A stretch of DNA of 64,000 nt from the NCBI GenBank assembly GCA_963804995.1, contig CAWDSK010000003.1, positions 224,001 to 288,000 of the forward strand, read 5' to 3'. Numbering within the stretch: the first letter of the stretch is position 1; every line of letters starts with the position of its first letter. Both the position numbers and the translations under genes were made by a program. A model generated the notes under the pieces. That model was not told the origin of the DNA. It made no database searches and saw nothing but the letters and a program-made list of their open reading frames with translations. This stretch comes from an uncultured Acidobacteriota bacterium (lineage in GTDB: Bacteria > Acidobacteriota > Terriglobia > UBA7540). This document shows positions 39,117 to 50,174 of this stretch, piece after piece.

Positions 39117-41591
39117 CTACTCTGCGCGCAAGGACGTCATCGGGTCCACCTTGGTGGCGCGGCGTGCGGGCACATAGCTGGCCACCAGTGCGACCAGGAC
39201 TAGAGCCAAGGCCGCCCAGGCGAACACGCTCGGCTCCGCGAGACTCAAGGGAAGATTGAGCTTGCTTGACACCAGGCGGGCGCCCGCCATCGCGGCGGCC
39301 ACTCCGGCCACCAAGCCCGGGAGCGCCAGCACCAACCCTTCCCACAACACCCGACCCAGGACTCCGCGCCGCTGCGCGCCCAACGCCAAGCGGATCCCGA
39401 ACTCGTGAGTGCGTTCGTTAACCGCGTACGCCATGACGCTGTACAGTCCGACCGCCGCCAACGCCAGCGCCAGCATGCCAAGGACAGAAAGCAACCCCGC
39501 CACAATCCGCTCAGCGAACAAGCCCCCTTGCGTGTACTCGCTGAGCGGCGCCTCGTTGTACAGTCCGCTGGCCAGGGCCAGCGCTGACACTTCACGCCGA
39601 ACCGCTGCGCGCGCGCCCTCCAGGTCGCCGCTAGTCCGGATGTAGAAGAAGGGGGTATAGCCCGAATAATAGATCTGCCGGAACGGTCCGTAAAAGCAAG
39701 GCACGGGCGCCTCCGGCGGGTTGCGGTACTTGCTGTCTTTAACCATCCCCACCACCGTCGACCAGGTATCTGAAACACGCACCCTGCGGCCGATGGGGTC
39801 TTTCCCGGCGAAGTACTTCTTAGCAAAGGTCTGGTTGATGATGATCACGGGGAGAGTGTTTCTGTCGTCCTGCTCGGAGAAGTCGCGGCCCGCCAGCAAG
39901 GGAATGTGCATCAAACTGAAGTACCCGGGCGCCACGATGGCGCGCGGGAGAGAGAGCACCCCGCCCCGATCCTGTAAGAAGCCTTCCACCTCCACGCGGT
40001 CGGTCCCCATTCCATAAATCGAAAGCGGAACCGAGTCCGCGTAGGTCACCTGCTGAATGCCCGGAGTCGCTTCCAAACGCAGGCGCAGATTGCGGCAGAA
40101 CTGCTTTTCTTGATTCAACGAGTAGCCGTTGATGGAGAGGTAGAAGTGCGCCACCAAGACGTCCCGCGAGTCGAAACCCGGATTAAGTGTGGCCAACTTC
40201 TGGAAGCTCCGGACCGCCAGACCAGCTCCGCAGAGCGCCAGCGCCGCGAACGCTACTTCCAGCACCACGAGCACCCCCCGAGCGCGGTGTGAGCGGACCC
40301 CGGAAGTTCCGCTGCGCCCTCCTTCTTTCAGCGTCGCGATGAGGTCCACGCGACTGATGGAGAAAGCCGGCAGGAGGGTTGTGAGCACGGCCGTACTGAG
40401 AGAGATGAGTACCGTAACGGTTAGGACGTTGGCGTTTGGCTGCACGTGCAACAGCGGTTCAAGGGCAGCGCGGACGGAGGGTTCCAAAGACGGGAGCACG
40501 CGGTAAAGTGATTCTCCCAACCAGCCCGCGAGCAATGCGCCGAAGATGGCCCCCACGCCAGCTAACAGCAGGACCTCCACCAGCAATTGCTGCAGGACCC
40601 TTCCCCGGCTGGCGCCCATGGCCATGCGCACCCCAAATTCCTTCTGCCGGGAAACCGCGCGCGCCATCAACAGGTTCGCCACATTGGCGCAGACGATCAA
40701 CAGCACCAGAACGCACACCACCATGAGGAGGTACAGCGGCTCGCGCAAAGTCGCTTGCAGCCCGTACGACGCCTGCCACAGGGAAACCATCCGGGCGCTG
40801 ATGCCCTTGTGCGTATCCGGGTGATCGGCGGCGATTCGGGCCGCTATGAGCCGGGCTTCTTCCTTTGCTTGCTCGATCGTGACGCCGGGTTTCAGGCGCA
40901 CGATAACATTGAGGAACCTCGCGTTCCAGTCGGCGGCGGCCCAGGTATTCAGGGCGCCCATCTCCAGGATCATGCTGAGCGGGACCCAGACGTCGAAGGC
41001 GGCCCCGCCGAACGTGCCACGGAAATCAGGCGGGGTGACGCCGACAATGGTGAGCGGGTGGCCGTTGATACGCACCGCGCGCCCTACGATGCCCGGATCC
41101 GCACCGAATTGGGTTGTCCACAGCCGATGACTGATGACCGCGATGGGATAGGCACCCGGTGCGTCCCGATCCTCTTCGGGCAGAAACAGGCGGCCCCGGA
41201 ATGGCTTGACCCCGAGCACCGTAAAGAAGTTGGCCGAGACCACTTCCCCCAAGGCGCGCCCGGGATGATCGGACGAACCGATGGTAAAAAAGGAAGTGTG
41301 CGAGGCGACTACGCCTGAGGCCACCGTCAGGCCCTGCTGGAAAGCGCGGAAGTCGGGATGGGTGCAATTGCCCAGACGGCCTCCGTCCGGGGCAATGCCT
41401 TCCAACGCCACCAACTCATGCGCACTTCGGACGCCCGTGATTGGCCGCAGCAAGACAGTGTCAATCCAACTGAATACCGTCGTGCTCGCGGCGATCCCCA
41501 ATCCGAGCGTGACCACGGCCACGACCGTGAAACCTGGGGTGTTGCGCAGAACTCGCCAGGCAAAACGCAGATCCCTCAGAATGTTAGCCAT
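39117..41591 (-). CDS. Duplicated MacB/FtsX ABC permease (ADOP type)
   Basis: DLRFAWR..PGFT, CANVANL..R..E..VR.A.GA, PARRATKVDPM.SLR.E. Confidence 0.92.
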   Translation of the reverse strand: MANILRDLRFAWRVLRNTPGFTVVAVVTLGLGIAASTTVFSWIDTVLLRPITGVRSAHELVALEGIAPDGGRLGNCTHPDFRAFQQGLTVASGVVASHTSFFTIGSSDHPGRALGEVVSANFFTVLGVKPFRGRLFLPEEDRDAPGAYPIAVISHRLWTTQFGADPGIVGRAVRINGHPLTIVGVTPPDFRGTFGGAAFDVWVPLSMILEMGALNTWAAADWNARFLNVIVRLKPGVTIEQAKEEARLIAARIAADHPDTHKGISARMVSLWQASYGLQATLREPLYLLMVVCVLVLLIVCANVANLLMARAVSRQKEFGVRMAMGASRGRVLQQLLVEVLLLAGVGAIFGALLAGWLGESLYRVLPSLEPSVRAALEPLLHVQPNANVLTVTVLISLSTAVLTTLLPAFSISRVDLIATLKEGGRSGTSGVRSHRARGVLVVLEVAFAALALCGAGLAVRSFQKLATLNPGFDSRDVLVAHFYLSINGYSLNQEKQFCRNLRLRLEATPGIQQVTYADSVPLSIYGMGTDRVEVEGFLQDRGGVLSLPRAIVAPGYFSLMHIPLLAGRDFSEQDDRNTLPVIIINQTFAKKYFAGKDPIGRRVRVSDTWSTVVGMVKDSKYRNPPEAPVPCFYGPFRQIYYSGYTPFFYIRTSGDLEGARAAVRREVSALALASGLYNEAPLSEYTQGGLFAERIVAGLLSVLGMLALALAAVGLYSVMAYAVNERTHEFGIRLALGAQRRGVLGRVLWEGLVLALPGLVAGVAAAMAGARLVSSKLNLPLSLAEPSVFAWAALALVLVALVASYVPARRATKVDPMTSLRAE

Positions 41592-42174
41592 GTCGTCCTA
41601 CTCGGGGCAATGCGAGGGAACTCGCATGCCAGGGGTTAATCGCTTTTTGGCCCGGAACCCGATGGCAGCGACCCTGTCGGGTCAAGCCCAAGCCCAGAAA
41701 AGGCTCCTTGCGCCGGGGGTGGGCAAAAGACTCACGTCGGATGTCCATCTGCTCCTCCGCCAATTGGCCAGCAAAAGAGTAGCCATTGGCATCATGCTTG
41801 TAACTAGTTGCAGTTAAAGGGAGTTGGCAGTGCTTTCAGACCATCTTTTCTCCTCAAGGTGTTCGATTATGGGAATTTACCATGCCAATAGTGAACAGCA
41901 TGAAAGGGATCTTTGCCCTTCGTCAACCACCTTCTCCTGCTCCGGTGGAAGAGGGTGGACAGCGACCGGCGTTCCCATCAGCCGGCGCGGGAAAAGGCCC
42001 CCACGTTTTGCAGGGTGGGGGGGGGCACTTTGCCACTGGCCGAGCGGACCCGCTCCCTCTGACGGAAGCGGCGGTTCCCTCCCACATTTGGTTACGGCCC
42101 CCGCCGCGCTGCGTTGATCAAGAGGCCGGAGTTATTTCTGGGAAAGTCAAATGCGTGCAACGAGGTCAGTAATC

Positions 42175-43968
42175 TCAGGCTTGAGGGAGTGACACTTGAT
42201 CCGCTGGGATCGCGGGGGCGGCGATGACGGTTCGGCGCCGGACCTCAAACTTGGTCAGGCTGCCCTTGGAGTAGGCGGAGTCCAGGGCGTCGACGACGAT
42301 GGGATCATACTTGCTGCCCGCGTGCTTGCGCAGGATTTCGAGCGCCTTGGGGAATTCTGAGCCCGCCTGGTAGGGCCGGTCAGTGGTGATAGCGTCGAAG
42401 GTATCGGCCACGGCGATGATCCGCACCATGAGGGGCAATTCATCACCCTTCACCCCGTCCGGGTAACCCCGCCCATTCAGCGCTTCGTGGTGCCACCGGA
42501 TGCCCGGGAGCATTTCGGAAAGCTGTTTCACCTGGCGCACAATTTCATACCCCATCACGGTGTGCCGCTTCATGATTTCAAACTCTTCGTTGGTGAGTAC
42601 GCCGGGCTTCTTCAGCACGCGGTCTTCAATCCCGATCTTGCCGACATCGTGCAGGGTGGCGGAAATTCGGACCTTGTCAACCTCTTCATCCGGCAAGCCC
42701 AGTTCGCGCGCCAGAATCAAGGAGAACTGGGCGACGCGCCCGGAGTGGCCTTTGGTGTACGGGTCCTTGGCGTCGACGGCGGCCGCGATCATCTCAATCG
42801 AATCCATAAAGAGCTGGCGGTTCTGCTCCGACGCCATCTGCAGATTGCCGATGTAACGTTGAATGTCTTCGGCCATCAGGTTGAAGGTTTCGGCAAGCTC
42901 CCCGATTTCGGTGCGGCTGTGGAACAGGGCGCGCTGCGAAAAATCGCGCTGGGCGATGGAACGTGCTGTCTGGGTCAGCGAGTCGATGGGATGGGTGATG
43001 GTTTTAGCAGCCAGGAATCCAATCACCAGACTGAGGATGACCAAGAGAAGACCCCAGCGGAAAGTCGCCCGCCGCATTTCATAAACCGTGAAGTAGGCAT
43101 CGCTCAGCTTGTGCTGCACGATGACACCCCAACCGAGTTTCTGCGTGGGCGCGCTGGTTCCCAGCATGGTGACCATCTGGTTGCCTTGGGGCAGGTCGAA
43201 CAAAGAAGTCTCCGCCACCGGGGCGCGATAGGCCAAAAACCTCTGCACGATGGGAAGGCCCGCCATATCCACACCGGCAAACTTGTCGGGGTCATACGAG
43301 GTTACCAGGTGTCCGGCGTTGTCAACCACGTAAGCTTCCAGGCCGGTCCCGCGGCTGGTGTCCTGCAACTGTTGGGTAATAGGCTCCAGCGTCACCACCG
43401 CCGCTACCATCCCCAGGAACTTATCCTTCTGCTTGATCGGTTCCGCCATCACCATGACCGGCTCGTTCTGGCCGGCCCGCGAAATGGTGATAGGGTTGCT
43501 GCGGTACTCCTGCCCCTGCCGGGCGGCAACGTAGGCGGCTTCGATCGCCTTGCTCAGGAATGCATCAGCACTTGCCTTGTAGTTGCCCGCCTCCCTTCCC
43601 CGAGCCTGGTCATTGAGCACAGTGGCGTCGAGCACCGAGGGGTGGTCCGCCACAAAACCTTCGAGCGCCGTGCGCAATCCGGTATCGGTGGCGTAATTGG
43701 CGGCAGGAATATGCGTGGCGAGCGGCAGGACCGTGTCAAAAAACTCTTTCAATTGCTGGTTCAGGTTCTCCATGTAAAGCGAAATGACTTGGGCGAGTGA
43801 TTGCGAGGTAATCGTCTGGAGAACACGCTCCTGGGTCTCCAGCGTTTCCTTGTTCATCGACAGCATCTTGGATCCGTAAAAACTTAACGGAACCACACTG
43901 ATGCCGATCAGGATCAGCAGGATGACGTACAGGATTCGGATACGCCATTTTTTTCTTTGAGCTTTCAT
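42175..43968 (-). CDS. Cache-HAMP-HD-GYP c-di-GMP phosphodiesterase
   Basis: Two TM helices, HAMP EIGELA..FN.M, DPYTKGHS, HDVGKIG, HHE..NG.GYP. Confidence 0.9.
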   Translation of the reverse strand: MKAQRKKWRIRILYVILLILIGISVVPLSFYGSKMLSMNKETLETQERVLQTITSQSLAQVISLYMENLNQQLKEFFDTVLPLATHIPAANYATDTGLRTALEGFVADHPSVLDATVLNDQARGREAGNYKASADAFLSKAIEAAYVAARQGQEYRSNPITISRAGQNEPVMVMAEPIKQKDKFLGMVAAVVTLEPITQQLQDTSRGTGLEAYVVDNAGHLVTSYDPDKFAGVDMAGLPIVQRFLAYRAPVAETSLFDLPQGNQMVTMLGTSAPTQKLGWGVIVQHKLSDAYFTVYEMRRATFRWGLLLVILSLVIGFLAAKTITHPIDSLTQTARSIAQRDFSQRALFHSRTEIGELAETFNLMAEDIQRYIGNLQMASEQNRQLFMDSIEMIAAAVDAKDPYTKGHSGRVAQFSLILARELGLPDEEVDKVRISATLHDVGKIGIEDRVLKKPGVLTNEEFEIMKRHTVMGYEIVRQVKQLSEMLPGIRWHHEALNGRGYPDGVKGDELPLMVRIIAVADTFDAITTDRPYQAGSEFPKALEILRKHAGSKYDPIVVDALDSAYSKGSLTKFEVRRRTVIAAPAIPADQVSLPQA

Positions 43969-44374
43969 TCACGGCCCTATACTTCTCATATTAGGCAAAC
44001 ACGCAGATGAAATCAATAGGTGGATTGACGATTGCCGGACAGCGTTTGACTTGCGTCACTTTCAGGATGATGACTGCCGTAACTCGGAGCGCCATATTAG
44101 TGCTGTAATCCGGACTCCACTAGGCAAAACCTGGACTTGAACTGTAAGTCCATGAAACAATTTGACTTCGCTTCGGAGGTAACACTGGCATCCATCCGGT
44201 AAATACCCCATGTATGGGGGTACACCCTCTATGTAGCCCCTTGTACACCTTTGTCAACCTTCGCAGCGCAGCACGGGGGTTCTCGACGCGCAAATTCCTC
44301 TTTCAGTTGCCTTCTGAGTAGCATATAACACTGGGCTTTCTTTTCCATAGAGTTTTAATTATCCGGAGATTGCT

Positions 44375-46925
44375 GTGCTCAAGGACTCCCCAGGAACTAC
44401 GCCAAGCTTGACGAAGCAAGTTCAAGTTTTTCTCTTCGTTTCAGGATTCTCGGCGCTCGTGTTGGAAGTCGTTTATGTAAAACTGCTGCGCTATTGGGTG
44501 GGGAATACGGCCTATTCAGTCGCGGCGGTCCTCTGCGCCTACATGCTTGGGCTCGCCCTGGGCAGCGCATTGGCCGGCAAGTGGTGGGTCCGGTTCCCGC
44601 GGCTTCTGGCTGTTTACGGCGCCATGGAGCTCGCGATCGGATTGTATTCCGCAGGGCTGCCCTGGACGATGCAGTGGCTCAAACCTGTCTACCTTGGGCT
44701 GACTTCTCTAGTCGGCCCGGACTCGCATCTGGCTCTGGTGGGGCACTTCACCGCTTCGGTCACCGTGCTTTTGTTTCCCACCCTGATGATGGGGGCAACT
44801 TACCCAGTGGTAACGCGCTCCGCCTCCCAGGCGCGGCGAGACAGCGTGGACGCCGCAGAAAAACTCTATTACTCGAACCTCGCGGGGGCTGCCTTGGGAA
44901 CCCTGCTCAGCGACTTCCTGATGATTCGCTTCTGGGGACTGGGGAACACGCTTTTCCTCGTGGCGGGAATCAATTCGCTGTTAGCAATCTGGGCCTTTTA
45001 CCTCGAGTTGGCGCCGCGGCGTGGCGACGCACCCCGCCATCGAGCCCGTGGCCGTCGCGCCCTCCAATCGCCACAGCAGCGTTGCCATTCTCGCGGTGGC
45101 TTTTCTCGGTGGATTCCTGGTGCTCTTCCTGGAAATGGTTTGGACGAGCATGGTGGGCCGTTTCCTTGACAACACTGTATACGCCTTTGCTGTCACGTTG
45201 TTTGCCGTTATAGCGGGCCTGGGAGCGGGGGCGCGCATTGTAAACCGGTTGGTGGCACGCGGCAGACTTACCGGGCTGCTTCCCGCCTGCTGCCTGGGAA
45301 CGGGTGTCCTGGTGATGACCCTGCTTCCTTTCTGGGGCTGGTCTCGCATCATAGCGGGCGACCACCCGGTGTGGTGTGTAGCCGGAGCCGGGGTTCTGCT
45401 CTGGGTAGTGGTGTTCGCCATCGATTCCCGGCTGAAGGCATCGCTCTGGTACTTGCTCGTGGCAGCGGGATTGGTTGCGGCCATTCTCTATCGTCACCGC
45501 ACCGACCCACAAGGATCGGCCTTTTGGATTCTACACGGAGTCGATTTTTGTGTGTCCGTGCTCTTCATGGTCGGGCCGGCCGTCTTGATGGGGATGATCT
45601 TTCCTCTGGTGCTGCGCTGGTCCCTGCTAGACAGCGAAGCGGTATCGGTAGCGCGCGTGTATGCCGTGAATACGGTAGGTTGTCTGGCAGGGGTTTTAGC
45701 AGCTACTTTTCTGGTTTTACCTCGCCTGGGGGTGGAGCGCAGTGGCCGCCTGGTGGGCTTGGGATTTTTCCTGCTTGGACTCGCTCTGGCGTTGCCGGCC
45801 TCGGGAGTCCGCCGGCGTTGGGCATTGGCCTTGGCGTTGGTAGCGTGGGTGGGCTGGCTCAGACTTGCCCCCGATTGGAATTTCTCCAGAACCTTGCAAT
45901 ATCTAGGGTATGAAGGGGCGGTGGTTTGTCAGCAAGAGGATATAAACGCGGGATTCACCACGGTCTTGCACAAAGATGAGTACTGGGAAATTTTCGTCAA
46001 TGAATTGTTCAACGGTGGCAACACGGCGGAAGAAAAGGACCAGGCGCGCATTGCCCTGATCCCCCTGCTTTATGTTCACAAATTCGACCGGGCCCTGATC
46101 GTGGGGATTGGAACCGGGGAAGCCGCCGCGCTGATGGGGGAATATCCCTTCCGGCACATCGACATCGTGGACCTCTCGCCGCGAGTCGTGGAAGCGGCCG
46201 ACCAGAATTTCGCCTTTTTGAATTTCGGCATCCTCAAGAATCCGCGGGCCAGCGTCCACGTTGACGATGGCCGGCATTATCTGTTCACTCACCCCAATCA
46301 GCTCAACCTGCTGACCATCGAAATCAACCGGATGTGGACGGCGGGCGAGGGCGATCTCTACACGCGGGAGTTCTACGAAATCTGTTCGGAGCGTCTGCAA
46401 AAGGACGGCATATTGCAGCAATGGGTTCCTCTGTTCAGTCTTTCCATTCCGGAGACCTTAATTATTATCCGTACCATCCGGCAGGTTTTCCCTTACGTGG
46501 TGCTTTACGTGGGCGGGGGAAGCGGCATGGTTGTGGCGTCACAATCTCCGTTGGAATTGGATATGGCCAGGCTCCGCACCATGGATAAGAACCCCAAGGT
46601 CAATGCGGTCTTGAAGCGCATCGATTTGGACTCCGCCGCGAGTCTGCTGGGCGATTTGGTGCTGCTACCGGACGGGACCAATGCCGTGCTCGGGCGCGAC
46701 CGCGATCAGCGAATCTCAACTGATCTCTGGCCCTACCTCGAATACTCCAATACCCGCTACCATGTGGGATTAACCAGCGTCATTCCCCTTTGGCAGTACC
46801 TCTTGAACGCCGAGGCATTCACGATTCCCGCCGTGGAGGGGGCCACTCCCTTGGAAAGGGCCATGATCATTCGGGCCGCTTCGCTGGAGCGACAACGCCA
46901 GTTCGCAAATCTCTCCGACCAGTGA
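44375..46925 (+). CDS. Fused membrane domain / spermidine synthase-like protein, frameshift at ~45020
   Basis: SGFSAL..EV...K.L, LY..N..GA..G repeats; IVGIGTG, DDGRHYL, LYTREFY, QW.P. Confidence 0.82.
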
Positions 46926-46951
46926 TTCGCCAAACCATGCGGGCGTGTTTC

Positions 46952-47096
46952 GTAGCGCGGTCCCCCGCTTTTGGGGTCCGCGGTTCTTCGTTCGCACTGC
47001 CTGCCGAATTGGTTGCTGGACGACCCCCTCACCCGTCCCGCCCCGTCTGATGAAAACGCCGGTTGCGGTCCACCCTCTCCCCCAAAGGGGCGAGGG
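46952..47096. repeat. Single array-family REP (46952-46989) plus a CCCTCTCCC-family repeat (47024-47096)
   Basis: Direct sequence match to the 6287 array arm and to 15223-15295. Confidence 0.8.
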
Positions 47097-47154
47097 TAGT
47101 GAATTCCAGTTGACGCATCGCAGTAGCGACGAGGGGCGCCGACTCTAGTGCGTC

Positions 47155-49584
47155 TTATTTCGCTGCGCCGACCGCTCTCCAGGCTGTCTCCAATCCGATC
47201 CGGGCGTGCGCCTGGGTTTCGGCGGCGTTCTTATAATCGGCTTGGGCGGCAAGCCACGCCTGGTGAGTGGTGGGGTTCATTCCATTCAAAAGGACCTCGC
47301 GCGCGGCCTCGAACGCCAACTTCTTCTTCAACCGCTCCTGTTTGAGTTGCGCGAGTTTCTTGCGGTTCTCGTCCGAGGGATTCGCCTTGCACTCCTTCTC
47401 GGAGTCCCGCCAAGCTTTAAATGCCACTCCATACTCCTTGCCGGCTGCTTCGTAGGCTGACCGCAGCGGCGGCCGCGACTCGCTCGAGGCTTTCTTCCAT
47501 TGGTCAATCATGGCAAGTCGCTTGGTTTTGGTGTTCTTCTGAGCCGCGAGGTACGCTTGCCCTGCCTCCTGCGCCTGTTGCGCCGGGCTGGTGTCAGGCG
47601 CGCCCAGGCGGTACGAAACATTCTTGAAAGGGCTCGAGAGCGGGGCGAAGGCTACCGGGCGTTGCCATGGGCTGAGCGGTCCCCACGATGAACCCCAGGG
47701 CGGCATGGGATTCCCAGAGATCGGCTTGAGTGCGGCCACGGCCAACCCATGAATATTGAAGACGCCGTCGCGGAGCGCCTTGGCGTCCCCATCGATGTGA
47801 AATTCTCCCGCCGGCGCGAAATTCTGCGCGTTCAGAACCCAGGTTCTTTGGCCCCCGGGAACTTCAGAAAGCGCAATGACGGTGGTAGAAAGATTCGACA
47901 CGGTGACGAAGATGTTTCCCTGGCGGGTCTGGTCAGGCATCTGGAATCCCGAGGGGAGAGTTCCCAGATCGCTCAGCGATACGAGGTCGGGATTGACCCC
48001 GCCTCCCGTCCAATTGGACGACGGCATCCCGTTAAACCCGGTGAGCGTCAGATGCCAATGGGTGGAGGTGGGGAAAATTTTCGTGTGCAGATTGGCAGTA
48101 TCGATGGACATCATCAGCCTCATAAAAAACACAGGGAAGGCGTAGCGGAACATTCCATTCTGCACGTTGAGCGTATGCGCTCCGGGGGTCACGGTTTCGG
48201 GTGGCATGAAGTAATAGCTGTGCAGGTTCGAAGCCATGAAGCGCACCGGGAGGCCGTCCACGTCTACCCGCGTGCTGCCGCAGTCACCGGAGAAGTCGCC
48301 GCGCAAAACGCCCAGACGTCCCACTTGCAGGATGGGGGGCGCCACCAGGGCGTGAAAGGCATCTCGAACGTAATAATCCTGGGGGACAGCGTAGTTCAAA
48401 TAGTAGTCTTCGTTGTCTTTGTGCACATACGACATGCCGCCGTGGTAGAAAATATCCAGCCAGTGTTCCCATACCGCTTTCGCTTCCGCCACGTTTCGCA
48501 CCGCGTCCAGAGGCAAATGGTAGGCCAGGAAATCGGCGGCGTCTTGTGCGTCGTCCTGATCATCCTCAATCTCATCGAGGACCCAGTCCGGCGCCCCATC
48601 GTTATAAGCATCCCAATACTCCTCCTCGTAATCAGTGACTTTGAACCAGAGATAGTTGAGGGCGCCGAGCCAGTAGTTCAAGTCGCCGCCATTCCAAACC
48701 GGCGGCGAGATGACAGGTTCCCGCGCCCATGCCGGCGCCCCCAAGCTGAGGTTGGTGGTGAAGGTCGGGTCCTTCGGCTGATACTCTTGCCGGGCGATCA
48801 GAGAGAGGGTGCTCGTCCCCGGCGGGACGGTTAGAGTGAAGTGACCATCGACTACCCGCTGCGGGCCGGAATCCTCGCTGCCGATGTTGAGACCCTGATA
48901 GTCCGCCCCAGAGAACTGTCCCCCCTGTAGGCTCACGGTAAAGGTTTTCACAGTGAAGCCGGGGACGCTCGAGTAGTTTTTGGCTTCGTTCGCGGGCATA
49001 ACCGTACCGGAGAATGTATCGCCGGCTTGCAAGTTGGCCGGCACGATCATCCCCAGCTCCGTCGGCTCGTAAGAGACATTGCCAATCTTTTTGTCGGGCG
49101 GCGTGGAGGGCGTCTCGGTTTTCGTAGCTTTTACTTCCTGGTACGTGCCGGTCGCGGGATCCCAAACGTAGCCCTTTTTGTCGACCCAGTCCCAAATTGA
49201 GCTACTCGTTTGATTGCCCTGGGAATCATATTTTCGTAACACAGTTTTGACAAGCCGGCCGTTCGCGTCAAACAAATCCATGTCATCGTACAGAAGAGTT
49301 CCATCCTCCGCGCGATAGTCCAGATGGTTGATTTCAATCAGCTTGTGTGTGTCGGGATCGTAGGAATAGGTGGAAACGATGCGGAGTTTGCCCTTGGGAT
49401 CGGCGTACTCTTTTCGGTAAACCGTGCCGTCGGGGTTGTAGTACGTCGTGATAGTCGACCCTGGCCCATAATCACTGGTCTTTTCCGTAGTCTGCTTCTG
49501 CGCGGTCAGGCGCAGGGCAATGAGCAAGATGAATAGAGTGGTGACGACGAAAACGATGGGCCGGACAACGTGGGCGCGGGGCAT
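47155..49584 (-). CDS. Large secreted hypothetical protein
   Basis: Long ORF with GGAGG RBS, signal-peptide-like start, Y/D/G-rich beta-hairpin repeats and a coiled-coil C-terminus. Confidence 0.7.
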   Translation of the reverse strand: MPRAHVVRPIVFVVTTLFILLIALRLTAQKQTTEKTSDYGPGSTITTYYNPDGTVYRKEYADPKGKLRIVSTYSYDPDTHKLIEINHLDYRAEDGTLLYDDMDLFDANGRLVKTVLRKYDSQGNQTSSSIWDWVDKKGYVWDPATGTYQEVKATKTETPSTPPDKKIGNVSYEPTELGMIVPANLQAGDTFSGTVMPANEAKNYSSVPGFTVKTFTVSLQGGQFSGADYQGLNIGSEDSGPQRVVDGHFTLTVPPGTSTLSLIARQEYQPKDPTFTTNLSLGAPAWAREPVISPPVWNGGDLNYWLGALNYLWFKVTDYEEEYWDAYNDGAPDWVLDEIEDDQDDAQDAADFLAYHLPLDAVRNVAEAKAVWEHWLDIFYHGGMSYVHKDNEDYYLNYAVPQDYYVRDAFHALVAPPILQVGRLGVLRGDFSGDCGSTRVDVDGLPVRFMASNLHSYYFMPPETVTPGAHTLNVQNGMFRYAFPVFFMRLMMSIDTANLHTKIFPTSTHWHLTLTGFNGMPSSNWTGGGVNPDLVSLSDLGTLPSGFQMPDQTRQGNIFVTVSNLSTTVIALSEVPGGQRTWVLNAQNFAPAGEFHIDGDAKALRDGVFNIHGLAVAALKPISGNPMPPWGSSWGPLSPWQRPVAFAPLSSPFKNVSYRLGAPDTSPAQQAQEAGQAYLAAQKNTKTKRLAMIDQWKKASSESRPPLRSAYEAAGKEYGVAFKAWRDSEKECKANPSDENRKKLAQLKQERLKKKLAFEAAREVLLNGMNPTTHQAWLAAQADYKNAAETQAHARIGLETAWRAVGAAK

Positions 49585-49976
49585 GGGTGCCTCCTCCGTT
49601 TCTCTGCAATATTGCAAAGATCAATAATGCCTGAAGGCCGATAACCCGGGACGAACCATAATGTAGCAGCCAAAACGGCTTTTACGCCGCAGGACTCCGG
49701 GCGCAGTTTCCTGACCGCGCCATCGCAGCTTGTGATCCAATCCAGAATGTAAGTGGTAGAGCCCTACGCCCCTTCAGTATACACCCCGCCGGCCGGTGCG
49801 CAACAGGAATGTCTAAAAATCTTGCCTTCTTTTATGCAAACATTTTGAATCTGGAGTAGGGCCGACGCTTGCGTCGGCCTTACAAAACCGCAGGGTATCC
49901 ACTTTGCATGATTGGGTGCTGCTCCCCCCGAGCGGTGCCGCCCATCAACTTCGCGGGATAGAAATTGAAAGCATAG

Positions 49977-50044
49977 CCCTCTCCGAGGGGAGAGGGTGGA
50001 CCGCCCCCGGCGTTTTCACCAGCCGGGGCGGGACGGGTGAGGGG
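49977..50044. repeat. CCCTCTCCC-family repeat (inverted copy)
   Basis: Reverse complement matches 15223-15295, 36439-36510 and 47024-47096; partial copy at 41951-41991. Confidence 0.8.
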
Positions 50045-50174
50045 TTACTCCGTAGCTGAGCTGAATGTTGCGACCGCATACATGCCAAAATGCGGCACGT
50101 ATGCGCCACCCGCGCAACCGCATTTTTGCCCTCGTGTTGTCGCCCCCGCAATTCCTGCTATAATCCCCCCCACC

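Noticed and set aside
43990..44240. c-di-GMP riboswitch near the HD-GYP gene
   Set aside because: GGCAAA-like words occur on the strand opposite the gene, and I could not build the required two-hairpin architecture.
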